A DNA stretch of 64,000 bases from Chloroflexota bacterium (GCA_026389585.1 JAPLHP010000036.1:41366-105365), one strand, 5' to 3'; positions 9,208 to 20,613 are shown, numbered from the stretch's first letter. Numbers and translations are program-made. The notes: generated by a model from the letters alone, not told the origin.

Positions 9208-10053
9208 TCATGATTCCGTCCAGCTCAGGATATACCCGGTATCCCCCACGTCCAGATCAGGTTTCGCCACCGCCCATCTCCCGGTGAGGCCCGTCTCCCT
9301 GGCCGCAAGCTCGAATTGACACATGGCAATCCCCATATCCACACGTTGAAGGTCTAAGCCCCTCAAGAGCTTATCGTAACCCCTCGTCCGTTTCAGATAG
9401 AAGTGAAGGGCAGCCCGGTCTTTCTGTTTGACAATTCGCCAAGGCTGGTTGTTTGATGCGGAAGGGCCCAGCCTCACGCAATCAAGCACCAGGGCATATT
9501 TGCCTGCTGAGTCTCTCGCCAGAGGGGTATTCATATCTCCATCAAAGAACAGTTGCTCCCAGGGCTTTCGCTGGTCGGATCCGGCAAAGCGCCTGAGTAC
9601 CCTTTCTCTGGCAGTCCTTTTCTCACGTGCATACCCAATCGGGCTAATCGCAGGGACAACTTCGTCATCTGAGACGTTTATCCTCGAAGCGAAATTGGCT
9701 CGCTTGAATGTGCCGCCCAGCCAGCAGGTTCCTAAACCTAGAGAGGTCGCCACCAGTATCACTCTCTCGAAGCAATACCCCAGATCCTCCATTGCTCCCA
9801 CATCTTCCTTGATGGCCCCCACGATGAATGATCTCGCCCCTCTGATAAACCCATAGGTTCCAAGCGTCTTGATCTCACTCCTCTCCATCTCCGAGAAATC
9901 AACGAGATCAAATCTCACTCCGTGACCGAACGGACCTTTGTGGCCTGAGTGGAGCAAATCGATTATCCTTCGCTTCTTTTCCGCTTCGATCGGCTGATCT
10001 GTGTATGTTCTTACAGAGACACGGTTGTTGATGGCTTCAATCATGGAGTCCAT
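9208..10053 (-). CDS. nitroreductase-family protein (two-domain)
   Basis: 281 aa with NADH-oxidase/nitroreductase fold motifs (SVRTYTDQPI, SNNQPWRIV). Confidence 0.7.
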   Translation of the reverse strand: MDSMIEAINNRVSVRTYTDQPIEAEKKRRIIDLLHSGHKGPFGHGVRFDLVDFSEMERSEIKTLGTYGFIRGARSFIVGAIKEDVGAMEDLGYCFERVILVATSLGLGTCWLGGTFKRANFASRINVSDDEVVPAISPIGYAREKRTARERVLRRFAGSDQRKPWEQLFFDGDMNTPLARDSAGKYALVLDCVRLGPSASNNQPWRIVKQKDRAALHFYLKRTRGYDKLLRGLDLQRVDMGIAMCQFELAARETGLTGRWAVAKPDLDVGDTGYILSWTES

Positions 10054-10144
10054 CTGATTCCTCCTTTTTCCGCTTCGGGGTAAATGCCCACACCCATACT
10101 AGATACTATCACGTCACTCCATGGTATGCCACCGAGTTCTACTG

Positions 10145-10318
10145 ACCCAAATCCGTGGATTCCTCCCAAAGTGGGTGTCATCCTTCTGCGGAAGGACGAC
10201 CTGACCACGTCATTCCTGCGTAGGCAGGAATCCAGAGAGTACCATACCCCTTGGCCTCCCCCTGGATTCCCACGTTCGTGGGAATGACATTAATGTGAAG
10301 TAGTCCACGGATTAGGGA
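10145..10318. repeat. nested palindromic element (MITE/REP-like)
   Basis: Outer inverted repeat AAATCCGTGGAT...TCCACGGATT. Inner hairpins GTCATTCCTGCGTAGGCAGGAATCC and GGATTCCCACGTTCGTGGGAATGAC are mutual reverse complements at their ends. Confidence 0.6.
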
Positions 10319-10398
10319 CTGACAAGAAGATAAGCAGTGCCAGGCCAGTTGTGAGATATGGCGTCGTGCTGAGAGGCCAACCTTCTCAGCCGAGATAC

Positions 10399-10965
10399 CT
10401 ACTTCCGCGCTATCAGCGAGAGGAATTCGGCCCTGGTGGCTGCTTTGCGCCTAAAGACTCCTCGATTGGCCGAGGTGACGATGTTGCTCCCAGGCTTCTT
10501 TATCCCGCGCATAATCATACAGAGGTGCTCCGCCTCGATGACCACTGCCACCCCATCAGGTTGGAGAGCCTCGACAATGGCCTCAGCGATTTGGGTAGTC
10601 ATGCGCTCCTGTATCTGAGGGCGGTGGGCTACTATCTCCACCACCCTGGCCAGCTTGCTGGCACCAACGACCCGACCATTGACATTGGGAATGTAACCAA
10701 CATGGGCCGAGCCATAGAAGGGCAGAAGGTGGTGCTCACAGAGGGAATAGAAGGGGATGTCTTTTACTATCACCATTTCCCGATGTCCCTCGCCAAAGCC
10801 GGTCGCCAGTTCCTGCTTGGGGTCTTTGTCGATGCCACTGAAGAGCTCGGCATACATTTCCGCAACGCGCTGCGGCGTACCCGCCAGACCCTCCCGCTTC
10901 GGGTTCTCGCCGATGGCCTCGATAATAGAGATAACTGCCCGCTCAATTTTGGCTTGGTCAAGCAT
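10399..10965 (-). CDS. folE: GTP cyclohydrolase I
   Basis: 188 aa, ...CEHHLLPF...HVGYIP... motifs. Confidence 0.9.
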   Translation of the reverse strand: MLDQAKIERAVISIIEAIGENPKREGLAGTPQRVAEMYAELFSGIDKDPKQELATGFGEGHREMVIVKDIPFYSLCEHHLLPFYGSAHVGYIPNVNGRVVGASKLARVVEIVAHRPQIQERMTTQIAEAIVEALQPDGVAVVIEAEHLCMIMRGIKKPGSNIVTSANRGVFRRKAATRAEFLSLIARK

Positions 10966-10982
10966 ATCGCCCTCCCTGCACT

Positions 10983-11657
10983 TTAGATTATCCGCCCATC
11001 CCTCATCTTGAGAGACCGGCTGGCTACCTCAGCCACTGCCTCATTATGGGTGATCAGCATAATAGACATGCCGTATTCACTGTTCACACGCCTGAACAAA
11101 AGGCCAACCTCTTTCGTGGTCTTGGAGTCAAGATTCCCGGTTGGCTCGTCAGCGAGCAATATTGCCGGGTTATTGGCCAGAGCCCGGGCTATGCCAACCC
11201 GCTGATTCTCCCCGGCGCTCAGTTCCCGCGGCTTGTGGTGCAGCCTTTTGGGCAATCCAACCCACTCCAGCAACTCGATGGCGCGCTTGATCTGCTCCTT
11301 TTTGGGAACCCCGGCCATCTCCATGGGAAACATCACGTTCTCCAGCGCTGTCAGTATGGGCATAAGGTTGAATCCCTGAAAGACAAACCCGATCTTCCTC
11401 ATCCGCAGACGGTCCAAACTGGTCTCCTTCAACTCCGATACGTCCTGGCCTTCAAAGCGTATTGCCCCGCCCGTGGGATGATCTATGCAGCCAATGAGGT
11501 TGAGGAGGGTCGTCTTGCCGGAGCCAGAGGGGCCCATGACGCTGACAAAGTCCCCCTTGTCTATCACCAGGTCAATGTTGTCAACAGCCCTGATCTCCTC
11601 GCCACCCATCATATACACCTTTGACAGGTGGGTGACCTCTACTATCGCATCACTCAT
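10983..11657 (-). CDS. ABC transporter ATP-binding protein (MacB/LolD-like)
   Basis: Walker [10 protein letters not shown], signature LSAGENQRV, Walker B ILLADEPT. Confidence 0.9.
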   Translation of the reverse strand: MSDAIVEVTHLSKVYMMGGEEIRAVDNIDLVIDKGDFVSVMGPSGSGKTTLLNLIGCIDHPTGGAIRFEGQDVSELKETSLDRLRMRKIGFVFQGFNLMPILTALENVMFPMEMAGVPKKEQIKRAIELLEWVGLPKRLHHKPRELSAGENQRVGIARALANNPAILLADEPTGNLDSKTTKEVGLLFRRVNSEYGMSIMLITHNEAVAEVASRSLKMRDGRII

Positions 11658-12822
11658 ATCTGAGGGCCTCCACTATGTTTATCTTAGAGATCCTCCAGGC
11701 AGGATAAAGGCCAGCCAGGACTCCGATGAGCACGGCGATCAACAGCCCCGCACCAAAGATACCGGGGCTGACCACAGCCTGGAGGAAGGCCACACCGGCA
11801 AACCGATGTATGGCCCAGGTTATCACCTTGGACAGGCCAACGCCTCCCAGGCAGCCCAACCCCCCCGCTATGAGGCAGGTAATCAGCGATTCAGTAATAA
11901 TGAGCCGGAATATGGTCGCCCGGCGCACACCCATTGCCCTCATGGTGCCTATTTCCTTCGTCCGCTCGCTTACGGCCATCAGCATAGTAGAGAGGATAAA
12001 CAGAACGCCTATAAGTAAGGCGATAGAGGCCACACTGAGGTGGATGGCACGGGCCATGGACAGGAGATTCCTCACCACCCCCGCCAGTTCCTCGGTTGTC
12101 CGACCCACAATGTCCTCTGGATGAAGAGCAGTGATAGCGACGGCTGTCTCCTCAGTCTTGTTGCGGTCCTTTACAGTCACTGCGGCGCTGGTGATGCGGC
12201 CCAGCTCATTTAGTGCCAATTGCACATCTTGAAGGGGTGCATAGGCAATCATATCCTCAAAGCCGCCGGTGGACTTGAGAATGCCGACTATCTTGATTTC
12301 GCGGCCTTCCACCCCAAGAGGAAAAGTATCCCCCACTTCCAGACCCTGAGCCTTAGCCACCGCCGCTCCAACCACAATGGTACCTTCGTCCCCTTCTTTG
12401 AAGAGTTCTCCGTCCTCAAGTTCCAAGGAAGGCCTGAGGTCGGGCAGGAACTGCGGAGTTACCCCATTCAGCACAACAAAATTCCCCATCATAGAGTCGG
12501 GGGCATCTCCGAGGTAGATGGTGCGGGTATATATGGGGTAGACAGCCTTCACATTATCGATATTCAGAATATCGTTGACGTAGGCTTGAGAAAATGCAGC
12601 CCCAGTGGACTCAAGCAGAGGGCTGGTACTGCCTCCTGCCTGCCTGGGCAGGACATAGATATCCTCTTTCCGTTCCCTGGTTGTTTGATTAAAGCTGTTC
12701 ATAAAGCCTTCAGTGATGCTCAGCAGGCCGACGGTGAAGGTGATGGCAACAGCTACCCCCAGAATGGTAAGCAGGGTTCGGGTGCGCCGCCTAGTGAGGT
12801 TCCTCAGCGCCAGCTTAATCAT
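11650..12822 (-). CDS. ABC transporter permease, FtsX/MacB family
   Basis: 390 aa. N-terminal TM, periplasmic MacB_PCD-like region, C-terminal FtsX 4-TM domain. Overlaps the ATPase gene. Confidence 0.8.
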   Translation of the reverse strand: MIKLALRNLTRRRTRTLLTILGVAVAITFTVGLLSITEGFMNSFNQTTRERKEDIYVLPRQAGGSTSPLLESTGAAFSQAYVNDILNIDNVKAVYPIYTRTIYLGDAPDSMMGNFVVLNGVTPQFLPDLRPSLELEDGELFKEGDEGTIVVGAAVAKAQGLEVGDTFPLGVEGREIKIVGILKSTGGFEDMIAYAPLQDVQLALNELGRITSAAVTVKDRNKTEETAVAITALHPEDIVGRTTEELAGVVRNLLSMARAIHLSVASIALLIGVLFILSTMLMAVSERTKEIGTMRAMGVRRATIFRLIITESLITCLIAGGLGCLGGVGLSKVITWAIHRFAGVAFLQAVVSPGIFGAGLLIAVLIGVLAGLYPAWRISKINIVEALRYE

Positions 12823-12870
12823 GGCAGTTCCTCACGCAGAAATGACTGAAGAGAGAATAGTGGATACGCT

Positions 12871-13929
12871 TCAACCCCAGCCGAGAGCCTTCTCTATCTT
12901 GTCAAGTTCAGGGGGCAGTTCCATAAAAGAGGGAGCGCCTTTCATGGCAGTGTCCGGGTCTTTCAGGCCACTGCCGGTCACTACGCAGACCACCCTTTTC
13001 CCCGATAAATCCAGGCGGGGGGCCCACTTAATGAGACCGGCGACAGAAGCTGCCGACGCCGGTTCACCAAAGACACCTTCTCTGGTGGCCATGCGGCGAT
13101 ATGCTGCCAGAATCTCGTTATCGCTCACGCAGTCAATAATGCCCCCGGACTCATCCCGGGCTGCCACCGCACCCTTCCAACTGGCCGGATTGCCGATGCG
13201 TATCGCTGTGGCCACCGTCTCAGGGTGGGCAATCTTCTCGCCTCTGACTATGGGCGCCGCTCCTTCCGCTTCGAATCCCATCATCTTCGGAGTCTGTCTG
13301 GCTTTGCCCGCCCGGTGATATTCTACAAATCCCTTCCAATAGGCGGTGATATTGCCGGCATTGCCCACCGGGATAAACAGGTAATCAGGAGCCTCACCCA
13401 GGACATCGACGACTTCAAACGCAGCCGTCTTCTGTCCCTCAATACGATAAGGGTTAACTGAATTGACCAGAGTGACAGGGTGCTTCTCCACTAATGTGCG
13501 CACTATATCGAGGGCCTGGTCAAAGTTGCCGCCGATGGTCACTATTCTGGCACCATACACTATGGCCTGGGCCAGTTTACCCAAAGCGATATTCCCTTTG
13601 GGAACCACAATGATGGTGTTGAGCCCGCACCGCGCTCCGTAGGCTGCTGCCGAGGCGCTGGTGTTTCCGGTGGAAGCACAGATAATGGCCGAACTCTTCG
13701 CCTCCAGCGCTTTGGCCACTGCCACCACCATACCACGATCCTTGAAGGAGCCGGTGGGGTTGCACCCTTCCAGTTTGAAATATAGCTCCCCGCAGCCTAT
13801 CTCCTTCTCCAGGTTCTGGGACCTGACCAGGGGAGTATCCCCTTCACCCAGGCTAATACGAGGAGTAGCAGGAGTAACAGGGAGCAAATGACTGTACTTT
13901 ACTAATACACCAACGCCCATTGTCTCCAT
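12871..13929 (-). CDS. thrC: threonine synthase
   Basis: 352 aa, PLP-lysine motif [10 protein letters not shown]. Confidence 0.9.
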   Translation of the reverse strand: METMGVGVLVKYSHLLPVTPATPRISLGEGDTPLVRSQNLEKEIGCGELYFKLEGCNPTGSFKDRGMVVAVAKALEAKSSAIICASTGNTSASAAAYGARCGLNTIIVVPKGNIALGKLAQAIVYGARIVTIGGNFDQALDIVRTLVEKHPVTLVNSVNPYRIEGQKTAAFEVVDVLGEAPDYLFIPVGNAGNITAYWKGFVEYHRAGKARQTPKMMGFEAEGAAPIVRGEKIAHPETVATAIRIGNPASWKGAVAARDESGGIIDCVSDNEILAAYRRMATREGVFGEPASAASVAGLIKWAPRLDLSGKRVVCVVTGSGLKDPDTAMKGAPSFMELPPELDKIEKALGWG

Positions 13930-13932
13930 CCA

Positions 13933-14139
13933 TCAGAGAAACGTCTCTATCTCGCGCCCCTTCTCATCCTTTCTCTGCTTCAAATATCCCCTGGCCCAGG
14001 AACACTTTTCGCACAGACGTAATACCGGTTTCTCGTCCTCAGAGACATAGGCATACCTCTCAGGGTGTCTCATAACCCTGCCACATCCATCACACTCTAT
14101 CTCACCAGTGACAATGACTCCCGAAGTCCAAGCCGTCAT
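13933..14139 (-). CDS. small CxxC...CxxC zinc-ribbon protein, hypothetical
   Basis: 68 aa with CDGCGRV...CEKC; sits between hom and thrC in the same operon. Confidence 0.4.
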   Translation of the reverse strand: MTAWTSGVIVTGEIECDGCGRVMRHPERYAYVSEDEKPVLRLCEKCSWARGYLKQRKDEKGREIETFL

Positions 14140-14150
14140 TCGATAACCAC

Positions 14151-15443
14151 CTACCCTTCAACTCTGATAAGATTACATATTTCCTTAACAGCGGGAAGCT
14201 TCCCCATGTCGTTTAAGGATTGCTGCATGAACCGCTCTCGAGCCGGATGAGTCATGATCACTATCTCCGCCGTTTGAGTGGCAGCATTCGCCTCTTTCTG
14301 TATGACGGAAGCAATGCTGATAGAGCGATCACCGAGTATTTTGGCTATCTGGGCAAGAACGCCGGGGCGATCAGCAATGCTCATCCTGAGATAGTAGCGG
14401 GTCTCCAGTTCTGAAATGGGCTTGATGGCCTTCGGCCGGAGTGGCCTCGGCTGTACAGAGCCCTTCTTCGCTGAACTTACGGCCTGTCCAATAGCGATGA
14501 CATCTGAAATGACTGCACTGGCCGTGGGCTGGGCGCCAGCTCCCCTGCCGTAGAAAATCACCTTGCCTACCAAGTCCCCCTCTATCTGCACAGCATTATA
14601 GACTCCGCCCACCTTAGCCAGTAGAAATTCGGCCGGAATGAAGACGGGGTGTACTCTAACCTCAACCACCCCACCCCCCTGCTTTGCAATGGCCAGGAGC
14701 TTTATCTCGTAACCCAGTTCCTTGGCATAACGAAAGTCTGACTCGCGCAGGCAGGCAATACCCTGGCAGTAAACATCCTCAGGGCGAACATCAGTATGAA
14801 AGACAACGGTAGCCAGGATAGCCAGCTTATAGGCAGCATCTCTCCCCTCAATATCGTTAGAGGCATCTGCCTCGGCATAACCCAGCTCCTGAGCCTTCTT
14901 CAGTGCAGTGTTGAAGTCTACCCCTTCACTGGACATCCTGGTAATAATATAGTTGGTAGTTCCATTGATGATGGCATATATCGTGGTTATCTCATTGGCC
15001 AGCAGGCCGTGCTGGAGAGGAAGCAACAACGGAATGCCTCCACCCACGCTCGCCTCGTAGAGGAGGGATAATCCCTTCTCTTGGGCAATTCCCAGAAGCT
15101 CCATCCCATGCTTGGCAATTACTTCCTTGTTCGCAGTCACCACGTGCTTGCCATTCAGCAGTGCTTCCCTAATGTACTCCAACGCCGGGTGCTCGCCCCC
15201 GATAACCTCGATCACAATATCTATCTCCGGGTCAGCCAGGATCTCCCGCGGGTCAACGGTGAGAAGACGAGGGTCCACCTGCGCTGAACGTGACTTTACC
15301 AGATCGCGGACCAAGACTTTCCTCAGCACGAGCGGGCGGCCCACCTCCTCAGTTATAGTCCTGTCCTTTTCCAAGAGGGCCCTGACTACCCCTCCGCCTA
15401 CCACCCCAAGCCCCAGCAACCCGATGCCGATGCTTTTCTTCAC
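14151..15443 (-). CDS. hom: homoserine dehydrogenase
   Basis: 430 aa, NAD-binding GLGVVGGGV, catalytic domain, C-terminal ACT domain. Confidence 0.9.
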   Translation of the reverse strand: MKKSIGIGLLGLGVVGGGVVRALLEKDRTITEEVGRPLVLRKVLVRDLVKSRSAQVDPRLLTVDPREILADPEIDIVIEVIGGEHPALEYIREALLNGKHVVTANKEVIAKHGMELLGIAQEKGLSLLYEASVGGGIPLLLPLQHGLLANEITTIYAIINGTTNYIITRMSSEGVDFNTALKKAQELGYAEADASNDIEGRDAAYKLAILATVVFHTDVRPEDVYCQGIACLRESDFRYAKELGYEIKLLAIAKQGGGVVEVRVHPVFIPAEFLLAKVGGVYNAVQIEGDLVGKVIFYGRGAGAQPTASAVISDVIAIGQAVSSAKKGSVQPRPLRPKAIKPISELETRYYLRMSIADRPGVLAQIAKILGDRSISIASVIQKEANAATQTAEIVIMTHPARERFMQQSLNDMGKLPAVKEICNLIRVEG

Positions 15444-15461
15444 TCTTCGCTCAATCTCTCC

Positions 15462-16472
15462 CTATGTCTGGATATGGTCCAGAGCCCAGGAGATCTTCGG
15501 GTCATCCAGATAGCTCACCATGTTATTGGCTTCGGCACTCTTCGCATCCGTAAGCCACTTGCCAAACACGTCGCCGATCAACGTATCTCTGTCACCCGCA
15601 CTGAGCAGCCTCAACCCCTTTTCCAACACCTTTATAACCCAGTAGCTCTCCGAGCCTTCGCTCTCAAGAATCGGCTCACTCACTGTGCTGTTCTCAGACC
15701 CCTCGGCAAAGGCATAGTCATCAAAGGCAGTACTCTCAATGCCCCGGGGTATCCATTCTACCGTAGTGTTATCCGAGGAAGTATTCGGGTAATACTTGGA
15801 CGGCGAGTAGTCGGTGACCAGTGTATTGAAATCCTCGTCCGCTAGCCATCTATCTCTCACTGCAGTGGCATTATCTGCACCTACTACAAGCATGGCTTGA
15901 ACCCTGACGTGCTCAAACTCCCGATCCGCGGGGTAATCCCGGTCACCAATTCCCTGCCGCAGACCAGACTGCACCAGGGATGGCTTTATGTACATTTGTT
16001 TGAAATCCTCCACCGAAATCCCTGCCGTGGCGAGATTCGTCTTGAGCTTTTCAACAGTCATACTGGACGAACTCAATATCTCCTGTAACTTCTCTTCGAT
16101 AGCCCCGTCACTGATGACAACGCCAAAATCCTTCTTCAGCCCCTGCTTCATCAATTCATTATCCTGGATATACGTCGCTATTGATTCAACATCGCTAGCA
16201 GTTGAAGTGGAGCTCATCCCCTGCAGGCGAAGCATCTTCACCAAATAGCCCATATCAAACACAGTATCATTTACTCTCACTATGGGCTGGCGCCAGGGTT
16301 TGATCCGGGTGTCATAATAGCCATAACCAACTATCGCCGGAACGGCAATAATAGTCAGTACGATTATGGCCTCGATGGTGTACAGCCACCTCTTCTCCCT
16401 CCCCCACCTGGAACGCCCGCGCGCAGGCGCTCCCTTACGAGTCAAACCTTCAGTCTTTGGTTTCTTGTCCAA
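15462..16472 (-). CDS. membrane-anchored SurA-N-like / chaperone-like protein, hypothetical
   Basis: 336 aa, one N-terminal TM helix, periplasmic-type domain without clear PPIase motif. Confidence 0.4.
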   Translation of the reverse strand: MDKKPKTEGLTRKGAPARGRSRWGREKRWLYTIEAIIVLTIIAVPAIVGYGYYDTRIKPWRQPIVRVNDTVFDMGYLVKMLRLQGMSSTSTASDVESIATYIQDNELMKQGLKKDFGVVISDGAIEEKLQEILSSSSMTVEKLKTNLATAGISVEDFKQMYIKPSLVQSGLRQGIGDRDYPADREFEHVRVQAMLVVGADNATAVRDRWLADEDFNTLVTDYSPSKYYPNTSSDNTTVEWIPRGIESTAFDDYAFAEGSENSTVSEPILESEGSESYWVIKVLEKGLRLLSAGDRDTLIGDVFGKWLTDAKSAEANNMVSYLDDPKISWALDHIQT

Positions 16473-16545
16473 GTCTTACCTCTGCAAAAGACTAGAACTC
16501 TGATGAGCGAGAGAATGGATTGGGTACACGCAGGTAGGAAAGCAG

Positions 16546-16854
16546 CTACCCTCGTAGACTGGCAACCCCCATTTTACGCATATGCGCTGGCGTGAAGGGT
16601 AGCAGTGCTAGATGACGCGCCCTCTTAATTGCCAGGGCCAGAGCTCGCTGATGTTTAGCGCAATTGCCAGTCCTGCGTCGCGGCTCAATCTTGCATCGAT
16701 CCGAGACGTAACGACGTAGCAGAGCCGGGTCTTTATAGTTTATGTCATCTATCTTATCAGCACAGAAAATACATGCCCTCCGTTTGGGGAGATACTTCGG
16801 CCGAACTGGCCTTCTAGTTGTCCTCGCTCCTCTCATGTCTGCCATTTTTGCCAC
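16546..16854 (-). CDS. rpsR: 30S ribosomal protein S18
   Basis: [15 protein letters not shown]...[32 protein letters not shown], canonical S18. Confidence 0.9.
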   Translation of the reverse strand: MAKMADMRGARTTRRPVRPKYLPKRRACIFCADKIDDINYKDPALLRRYVSDRCKIEPRRRTGNCAKHQRALALAIKRARHLALLPFTPAHMRKMGVASLRG

Positions 16855-16860
16855 CTTTCC

Positions 16861-17274
16861 CTAGAATGGGAGATCCTCTTCCACCACCGCCTCATCAACC
16901 TTATCAACCTTCGCTTCGCCTTCCGGGAGTGGGGCAGCAGCAGCCTGCCTGTCAAGGGAGAGTACCCTATCTGCCACTATCTCCACACGGCTCCGCTTCT
17001 GTCCATCCTGTCCTTGCCAACTGCTCGTTCGCAGCCTGCCCTCTACGTAAGCCAGCTTACCCTTAGTCAAGAACTGGTTACAGCTCTCAGCCAACTTATT
17101 CCAGGTAACTACGGTAAACCACTCCGTCTCTTGTTTCCGTTCACCTTCGGGACTATTGAATATTCTGTTGGTAGCAATACGAAAGCTGGTCACCGCGCTT
17201 CCATTGGGAGTAAATCGCATCTCTGGATCAGCCCCCACGTTGCCAATAATCATCACCTTGTTCAAATTAGCCAT
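16861..17274 (-). CDS. ssb: single-stranded DNA-binding protein
   Basis: 137 aa, OB fold (MANLNKVMIIGNVGADPEMRF) and acidic DLPF tail. Confidence 0.9.
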   Translation of the reverse strand: MANLNKVMIIGNVGADPEMRFTPNGSAVTSFRIATNRIFNSPEGERKQETEWFTVVTWNKLAESCNQFLTKGKLAYVEGRLRTSSWQGQDGQKRSRVEIVADRVLSLDRQAAAAPLPEGEAKVDKVDEAVVEEDLPF

Positions 17275-17287
17275 CGGCTCTTCCCTC

Positions 17288-17572
17288 TTACTCCAATCTC
17301 ACTAACAAGAACCGCAATATCTGCTCTGAAGTCCGCAAGTTCCTCTCCAGCTCCAATGCCATTTCGGGCTGAAGTTTGAACGGGGTCAGCACATAATTCC
17401 CCTCTCTGTATTTCTTTATCGGATACGCCAGTTTCCTTCTGCCCCATCGATTAACTTCACCAACAACACCACCTTTTTGAGTGATGAACTGCTTCACCTT
17501 CTCGATTTCGGCAGGCAGAGCCTCCTCAGTAATCTCAGGACTGAAAATCACTGTCACTTCGTAATCGTGCAA
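17288..17572 (-). CDS. rpsF: 30S ribosomal protein S6
   Basis: HDYEVTVIFSPE... matches the S6 N-terminus. Probable TTG start at 17572; the ORF-table ATG at 17632 adds an unlikely Cys-rich extension. Confidence 0.8.
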   Translation of the reverse strand: MHDYEVTVIFSPEITEEALPAEIEKVKQFITQKGGVVGEVNRWGRRKLAYPIKKYREGNYVLTPFKLQPEMALELERNLRTSEQILRFLLVRLE

Positions 17573-17650
17573 CTTCTCTACTCCCTCCACTGCCAATGAA
17601 ATGCAGGTTGTCGGACAAACTATAACACACAAATGGCTGAATCCACAAGC

Positions 17651-18886
17651 TCAGGGCAGCGGAAAGCGTCGGGTGATCCCATCCACTTCCTGAGAGGCCT
17701 CAAGTTTTATCTTCTCATTCCCGAGATTGGTCAACACTCTATGGATTAGCGAGGCTATTTGTCTCATCTCCTGCGGACCGAGTCCCCTTGTAGTCACCGC
17801 AGGAGTCCCAAGCCTCAATCCGCTAGTGGTTTGCGGTGGAAGAGGATCAAAGGGGATGCCATTCCGGTTGGTAGAGATGCCAACACTATCAAGGGCTTCC
17901 TCCGCTACCCTCCCCGTTATCCCTGCCCCACGAAGATCAATAAGGAGGAGGTGGTTATCTGTGCCTCCGCTAACGATCCGGAAACCCAACTTCTGTAATT
18001 CATCAGCCAAAGCCTTGGCATTCTCCACGATATTTTGCTGGTAAGTAACAAACTCGGGTTGCATTGCCTCATGGAAACAAACTGCTTTCGCTGCAATGAC
18101 GTGCATTAGAGGGCCACCCTGCGTGCCAGGGAAAACAGCAGAGTCCAGGATTTTGCCCAACCCCTGCTTAGCGAGAAGAAAGCCACCCCGGGGGCCACGC
18201 AGGGTCTTGTGTGTGGTCGCAGTGACTACCTGCGCCCAGGGTACCGGTGAAGGATGTACTCCAGCAGCCACCAGGCCAGCTATATGAGCCATATCGACCA
18301 TAAGCTGTGCCCCCACCTCTTCAGCAATATGATGAAACCTCTCAAAGTCAATAATTCTGGGATAGGAACTGGCTCCCGCCACAATCAGCTTTGGTCTATG
18401 TTCTTTGGCCAGGCGCTCCACCTCGTCATAGTCAAGCCGCTCCGTTTCCCGGTTTACTTCATAATGAATGAATCTATATAACTTTCCAGAGAAACTGACC
18501 GGACTTCCGTGGGTGAGGTGTCCCCCATGAGCCAGGCTCATGCTCATTACCTTATCCCCAGGGTTGAGCAAGGCAAGGTAAACCGCCGCATTGGCCTGAC
18601 TTCCACTGTGAGGCTGAACATTGGCGTACTCAGCATGAAAGAGCTCCTTCGCCCTGAGAACTGCTGTTCTCTCCACTTCATCTACTTCCTGGCAACCACT
18701 GTAGTAGCGGCGCCCCGGGTAGCCTTCGGCGTACTTGTTGGTAAGGACAGAGCCCTGTGCCTCCAGTACCGCCCGAGTGGTGTGGTTCTCAGCAGCGATG
18801 AACACCAGCTTGCGTTGCTGCCGTTCCTCTTCTCTCTTAATTAGTGAGGCAATCTCTGGATCTTTCTTCGGCAACTCTTTCATATT
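17651..18886 (-). CDS. glyA: serine hydroxymethyltransferase
   Basis: Start at [13 protein letters not shown]. The ATG overlaps the comF stop (ATGA). PLP-Lys region [11 protein letters not shown]. Confidence 0.9.
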   Translation of the reverse strand, partial: NMKELPKKDPEIASLIKREEERQQRKLVFIAAENHTTRAVLEAQGSVLTNKYAEGYPGRRYYSGCQEVDEVERTAVLRAKELFHAEYANVQPHSGSQANAAVYLALLNPGDKVMSMSLAHGGHLTHGSPVSFSGKLYRFIHYEVNRETERLDYDEVERLAKEHRPKLIVAGASSYPRIIDFERFHHIAEEVGAQLMVDMAHIAGLVAAGVHPSPVPWAQVVTATTHKTLRGPRGGFLLAKQGLGKILDSAVFPGTQGGPLMHVIAAKAVCFHEAMQPEFVTYQQNIVENAKALADELQKLGFRIVSGGTDNHLLLIDLRGAGITGRVAEEALDSVGISTNRNGIPFDPLPPQTTSGLRLGTPAVTTRGLGPQEMRQIASLIHRVLTNLGNEKIKLEASQEVDGITRRFPLP

Positions 18887-19608
18887 CATACTTCCCTGGC
18901 TAAGGCCAAACCCCAAACAGAGCTGGCGCCAGATCCCTTCAAGGCGATGGCACAGGAATTCAACGTGGCCCCTGTGGTACACACATCATCAACGAGAAGG
19001 ACCCGTCTCCCTTTCAAGCTCTCATTTTGGCAGCCAAAGGCCCCCAGTACATTACCTCGACGCTCTTCGGCGTCGGGAGTCCTGGCTTGAGCCCGCGTGT
19101 CCCGAAGCCTGACCAGCGAATCCTCTACGACTGGAAGGCCAAGCAGTTTCCCGAGTTCCCGAGACAAGAGCCCGGATTGATTATACCCTCGCTCACGCAA
19201 CCGACGGGAATGAAGCGGGACCGGTACAAGAACATCCCCAGGCAGGGGCTTGGTTCCCAAATACTGAGCCAGCAACTGCGAGAGTGGAAGAGCCAGCGCC
19301 CTAAAGTTCCTGTACTTGAACTGATGAATGGCCCGACGCACCATGCCCTGAAAAACGAAGGGTGAACGGATACCATCGATCTCCAGTCTCAACCTCCGGC
19401 AAGAGGGACAATAATCTTCCTGAAGTAATGGCTTGCTGCACATGGGACAGAGCGGGGGCGTAAGGCGAGCGATAGTCCCGCAACAGGGCGAGCAGATGAA
19501 AGCACCATCCTTCCCGCAGCCAACACAACGAGGTGGAAAGACTAGATCGATAAACTTGCCCTTAAACTCGCCTACCCGGGCCCACCAGATCACATTCTGA
19601 AAGATCAA
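18886..19608 (-). CDS. comF: ComF-family phosphoribosyltransferase-domain protein
   Basis: 240 aa, N-terminal double CxxC zinc finger and C-terminal PRTase motif [13 protein letters not shown]. Confidence 0.8.
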   Translation of the reverse strand: MIFQNVIWWARVGEFKGKFIDLVFPPRCVGCGKDGAFICSPCCGTIARLTPPLCPMCSKPLLQEDYCPSCRRLRLEIDGIRSPFVFQGMVRRAIHQFKYRNFRALALPLSQLLAQYLGTKPLPGDVLVPVPLHSRRLRERGYNQSGLLSRELGKLLGLPVVEDSLVRLRDTRAQARTPDAEERRGNVLGAFGCQNESLKGRRVLLVDDVCTTGATLNSCAIALKGSGASSVWGLALAREV

Positions 19609-19614
19609 TATAGT

Positions 19615-19869
19615 CTAACGTGCTCGGGGATTATGCATTGCCCCACTGATAACCGGCTCGTTTATATAAACGTCACCATTCCTTATCTTCAAGTTGAACC
19701 CACAATCGGGATTGGTACATACCCATGCCTTGTAATGGATCGGCGCGCCCTGGCTACCGAAATCAGATAGAGGCACCAGATCGCCACTACTGCACTTCTG
19801 ACATTTGGGCAGCACTAAATGCTCCACAAAACCACCTCCCAAACGAAAATCAAGATTAGTATATCCCAT
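19615..19869 (-). CDS. small zinc-ribbon protein, hypothetical
   Basis: 84 aa, CQKC...CTNPDC. Confidence 0.4.
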   Translation of the reverse strand: MGYTNLDFRLGGGFVEHLVLPKCQKCSSGDLVPLSDFGSQGAPIHYKAWVCTNPDCGFNLKIRNGDVYINEPVISGAMHNPRAR

Positions 19870-19908
19870 TACGTGTCAGTTTACAATTTGGGGATGTTCA
19901 GGCTACTC

Positions 19909-20613
19909 TTAATCTATACGTGCCGCGAGCTTTGCCAAGTCCCAACTATGTTCATACAGATGCATCCCACTGCTGATGCAGATCAACTCACCGTCAGGAA
20001 CCCCGATCTCGGTCGCCATATACTCCTTCATAAGTTGCAGCGCGGCAAGATTGGACGGGAAGCCTCCCCATAGGTCCCAGGATCTGAAGTAAACGACAAA
20101 GTGGAAACGACCATAACGGATTCTGGTGTGTATGCCTCTCAGGCATTGTGGATCCCCCAGATAGATAGATTCCCGGCTGCCCACCGCCATGTACGCCTGA
20201 TTAGTATTGTGGCCGCCCTCCTTATACATCCGGATTACTTCAGGAATCTGCGACTCAAGATCCTCTCCGTAAGTGTACTGCTCGCCTTTTTCTTTGCAGG
20301 AAGTCATGAGGTAGGGTAAGTAGGTCTCGACATACTCCATAGTCGTTGGCGGGGGAACACCCTGCGGTACATCAGGTACCAGCGGCCGTATACCCGGTTG
20401 TCGTATCTGAACTACAGCCAAGTCAAGTTCCCTTCTGCGCTGCCCCTCAAAACTCCCTCGATCTATACGGTACTCATAACCCTCCGCGAGAACGCTGCGC
20501 AAACAGAGAAACCAGGCTTCCGGCAGGTCCCTAGCTTCAATCAAGGTTACACGCATAGACTTCTCAGTCATAGTCATAAGCCTTTCAAGACCCGGCTTTC
20601 GGTTCGCCTCCAC
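19909..20613 (-). CDS. thyA: thymidylate synthase, short archaeal-type ThyA
   Basis: DPQCLRGIHTRI...FHFVVYFRSWDLWGGFPSNLAALQLMKEYMA parallels ThyA catalytic Cys and the Q-YQRS-D-GLPFNIAS region. Adjacent to dut. Confidence 0.65.
   Translation of the reverse strand: MEANRKPGLERLMTMTEKSMRVTLIEARDLPEAWFLCLRSVLAEGYEYRIDRGSFEGQRRRELDLAVVQIRQPGIRPLVPDVPQGVPPPTTMEYVETYLPYLMTSCKEKGEQYTYGEDLESQIPEVIRMYKEGGHNTNQAYMAVGSRESIYLGDPQCLRGIHTRIRYGRFHFVVYFRSWDLWGGFPSNLAALQLMKEYMATEIGVPDGELICISSGMHLYEHSWDLAKLAARID

Noticed and set aside
10084-10287. 67-aa plus ORF
   Set aside because: It coincides with the nested palindromic element and is more likely an artefact of the repeat than a gene.
11046-12124. Plus-strand ORFs of 132-192 aa
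   Set aside because: They are antisense to the ABC ATPase and permease genes, which have strong motif support.
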